From positions 1 through 16,946 of the forward strand of contig JAHLWR010000037.1 in assembly GCA_019057815.1 (NCBI GenBank): a stretch of DNA of 16,946 bases, read 5' to 3'. The notes below the pieces were generated by a model. The model saw only the letters and a list, made by a program, of their open reading frames with translations. It did not search any database and was not told the origin of the DNA. Both the position numbers and the translations under genes were made by a program. Position 1 is the stretch's first letter. Every line of letters begins with the position of its first letter. Shown in pieces: positions 16,087 to 16,946 of the stretch. This DNA comes from Candidatus Heimdallarchaeota archaeon. GTDB taxonomy: Archaea > Asgardarchaeota > Heimdallarchaeia > Heimdallarchaeales > Heimdallarchaeaceae.

Positions 16087-16197
16087 TCACTCCGGTAAAG
16101 CGTCTTCCACCCATAATCACTCATATTTGGCTAAACACATGAGTGTCAATTTTGGACCCTATTTTAGGGTTAAGACGTCAGATACCTGTTTTACCAG
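16087..16197 (-). ncRNA. Candidate structured cis-regulatory RNA in the rpp29-rps17 intercistronic region
   Basis: Four nested or adjacent stems by inspection. The G-U pairs form only on the mRNA strand (see findings). Confidence 0.5.
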
Positions 16198-16490
16198 TTT
16201 TTTGTTTTTCTTTTTAATCTTTTCTCTGGAGTACCTTCTAAGATTTTACCATCTATTCTGGTTTTTGTTCCATCTTCGAACTCAATTCTGAATATTTGGC
16301 CTTTCTTTTGTACCCAGATTTTCTTATTACCTATATTCAACTTCAACATTTTTGCAGTTTCATCTTCAATTTTACCTTTGACATTTTGAAATTCTGGCAA
16401 CTTACTCTTTATTATTTCGACATTACATCCGCACAATGATGTAATCACTTGTCGCCAAACCTTTTTGTTTTTTTCCTTATATTTGATCAT
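16191..16490 (-). CDS. rnp1: Ribonuclease P protein subunit Rpp29 (POP4)
   Basis: L.G..VEII.S.......KGKIEDETAKML, V.KKG..F, IDGKILEGTPEKRLK. Canonical position between uL29 and uS17. Confidence 0.9.
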   Translation of the reverse strand: MIKYKEKNKKVWRQVITSLCGCNVEIIKSKLPEFQNVKGKIEDETAKMLKLNIGNKKIWVQKKGQIFRIEFEDGTKTRIDGKILEGTPEKRLKRKTKNW

Positions 16491-16693
16491 ACTTTTTCTT
16501 CTTCTTCAGACATAATTGTTAGTATTCTCGAAATTGCTTTCTTATATTCCTTTATTTGCCCTGGATTTTGAATTGAACCACCTGCAGCTAATTGAGATTT
16601 AACTTCAAATAGCTTTTTCTTATAGTCTTCTAACCGCTTAAGTCGCTGTTCTCGTGACAGTTTCCTTACATCTTTTGAACTAATTATTGTCAT
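16487..16693 (-). CDS. rpl29: 50S ribosomal protein uL29
   Basis: DVRKLSREQR, GGSIQNPGQIKEYKKAISRILT. ATG 16693 has a GGTGA SD. The alternative ATG 16705 overlaps the upstream TAA. Confidence 0.95.
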   Translation of the reverse strand: MTIISSKDVRKLSREQRLKRLEDYKKKLFEVKSQLAAGGSIQNPGQIKEYKKAISRILTIMSEEEEKV

Positions 16694-16704
16694 TATTATC
16701 ACCA

Positions 16705-16946
16705 TTATTTTTCAGTGTCTTTCTTATCAGCGTCTTTCTTTTTAGAAACCTTCTTAGGCTTATCCTCTTTTACTTCAGTGTCCTTCTTATCAGCGTCTTT
16801 CTTTTTAGAAACCTTCTTAGGTTTATCCTCTTTTACTTCAGCGTCTTTCTTATCGGCGTCTTTCTTTTTAGAAACCTTCTTAGGCTTGTCTTCTTTTACT
16901 TCAGCGTCTTTCTTATCGGCGTCTTTCTTTTTAGAAACCTTCTTAG
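16705..16946 (-). CDS. rps3: 3' end of the gene upstream of uL29, almost certainly the repetitive C-terminal tail of uS3
   Basis: 79 open codons (KKVSKKKDADKKDAEVKEDKP...DTEK*) ending at TAA 16707-16705, abutting uL29. Identity rests only on conserved S3-L29 synteny because the uS3 core lies outside the window. Confidence 0.75.
   Translation of the reverse strand, partial: KKVSKKKDADKKDAEVKEDKPKKVSKKKDADKKDAEVKEDKPKKVSKKKDADKKDTEVKEDKPKKVSKKKDADKKDTEK
16711..16946 (-). repeat. 63-bp coding tandem repeat (PKKVSKKKDADKKD[A/T]EVKEDK), at least 3.8 copies
   Basis: Units start at CCT codons at 16947 (off edge), 16884, 16821 and 16758. Differences are mostly synonymous, plus GCT/ACT. Confidence 0.97.

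Noticed and set aside
16111-16155. SECIS-like or k-turn-like UGA/GA motifs in the rpp29-rps17 stem
   Set aside because: Tandem G-A pairs are out of register with the CACUCAU/AUGAGUG helix, and no neighbouring gene has an in-frame UGA.
2647-16291. Short antisense or alternative-frame ORFs in the track (2647, 3911, 5281, 5710, 6290, 7287, 7821, 9031, 9832, 10252, 10553, 11251, 11265, 13176, 15867, 16001)
   Set aside because: All overlap well-identified conserved genes, lack recognisable motifs, and have shadow-ORF composition.
16487-16490. No aIF1/SUI1 gene between uL29 and Rpp29
   Set aside because: SUI1 occupies this position in only some archaeal lineages, so absence is unremarkable.
16711-16946. 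CRISPR array
   Set aside because: Units are head-to-tail with no unique spacers, have a period divisible by 3, and vary synonymously, so this is a coding repeat.

Overview
AT-rich archaeal DNA holding most of the conserved S10/spc/alpha ribosomal superoperon on the minus strand. In transcription order: [uS3 C-terminus]-uL29-Rpp29-uS17-uL14-uL24-eS4-uL5-uS14-uS8-uL6-eL32-eL19-uL18-uS5-uL30-uL15-SecY-//-DUF106(EMC3/TMCO1)-eL34-Cmk-eL14-Cbf5-//-tRNA-Ser(GGA)-uS13-[uS4, truncated]. Three genes are missing from the ORF track and were read by hand: uS4 (1-803), uS14 (13284-13451) and the probable uS3 tail (16705-16946). A divergent Trm9/ALKBH8-like methyltransferase and Gfo/Idh/MocA dehydrogenase sit where adk normally lies. 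A UPF0200-like P-loop kinase lies between cbf5 and the tRNA. The presence of eL14/eL34 and Sec61alpha-like SecY motifs suggests a TACK/Asgard, possibly Asgard, host (inference). No mobile element, CRISPR or defence system is seen. Three things deserve follow-up. (1) A multi-stem RNA fills the rpp29-rps17 gap and can pair the rpp29 stop codon with the rps17 SD. (2) A ~145-nt leader with several hairpins precedes rps13. (3) Several r-proteins carry long low-complexity extensions: Lys/Asp and Pro/Lys repeats on uS3 and uS4, and acidic tails sharing FEEEFE on uL24 and eL32.
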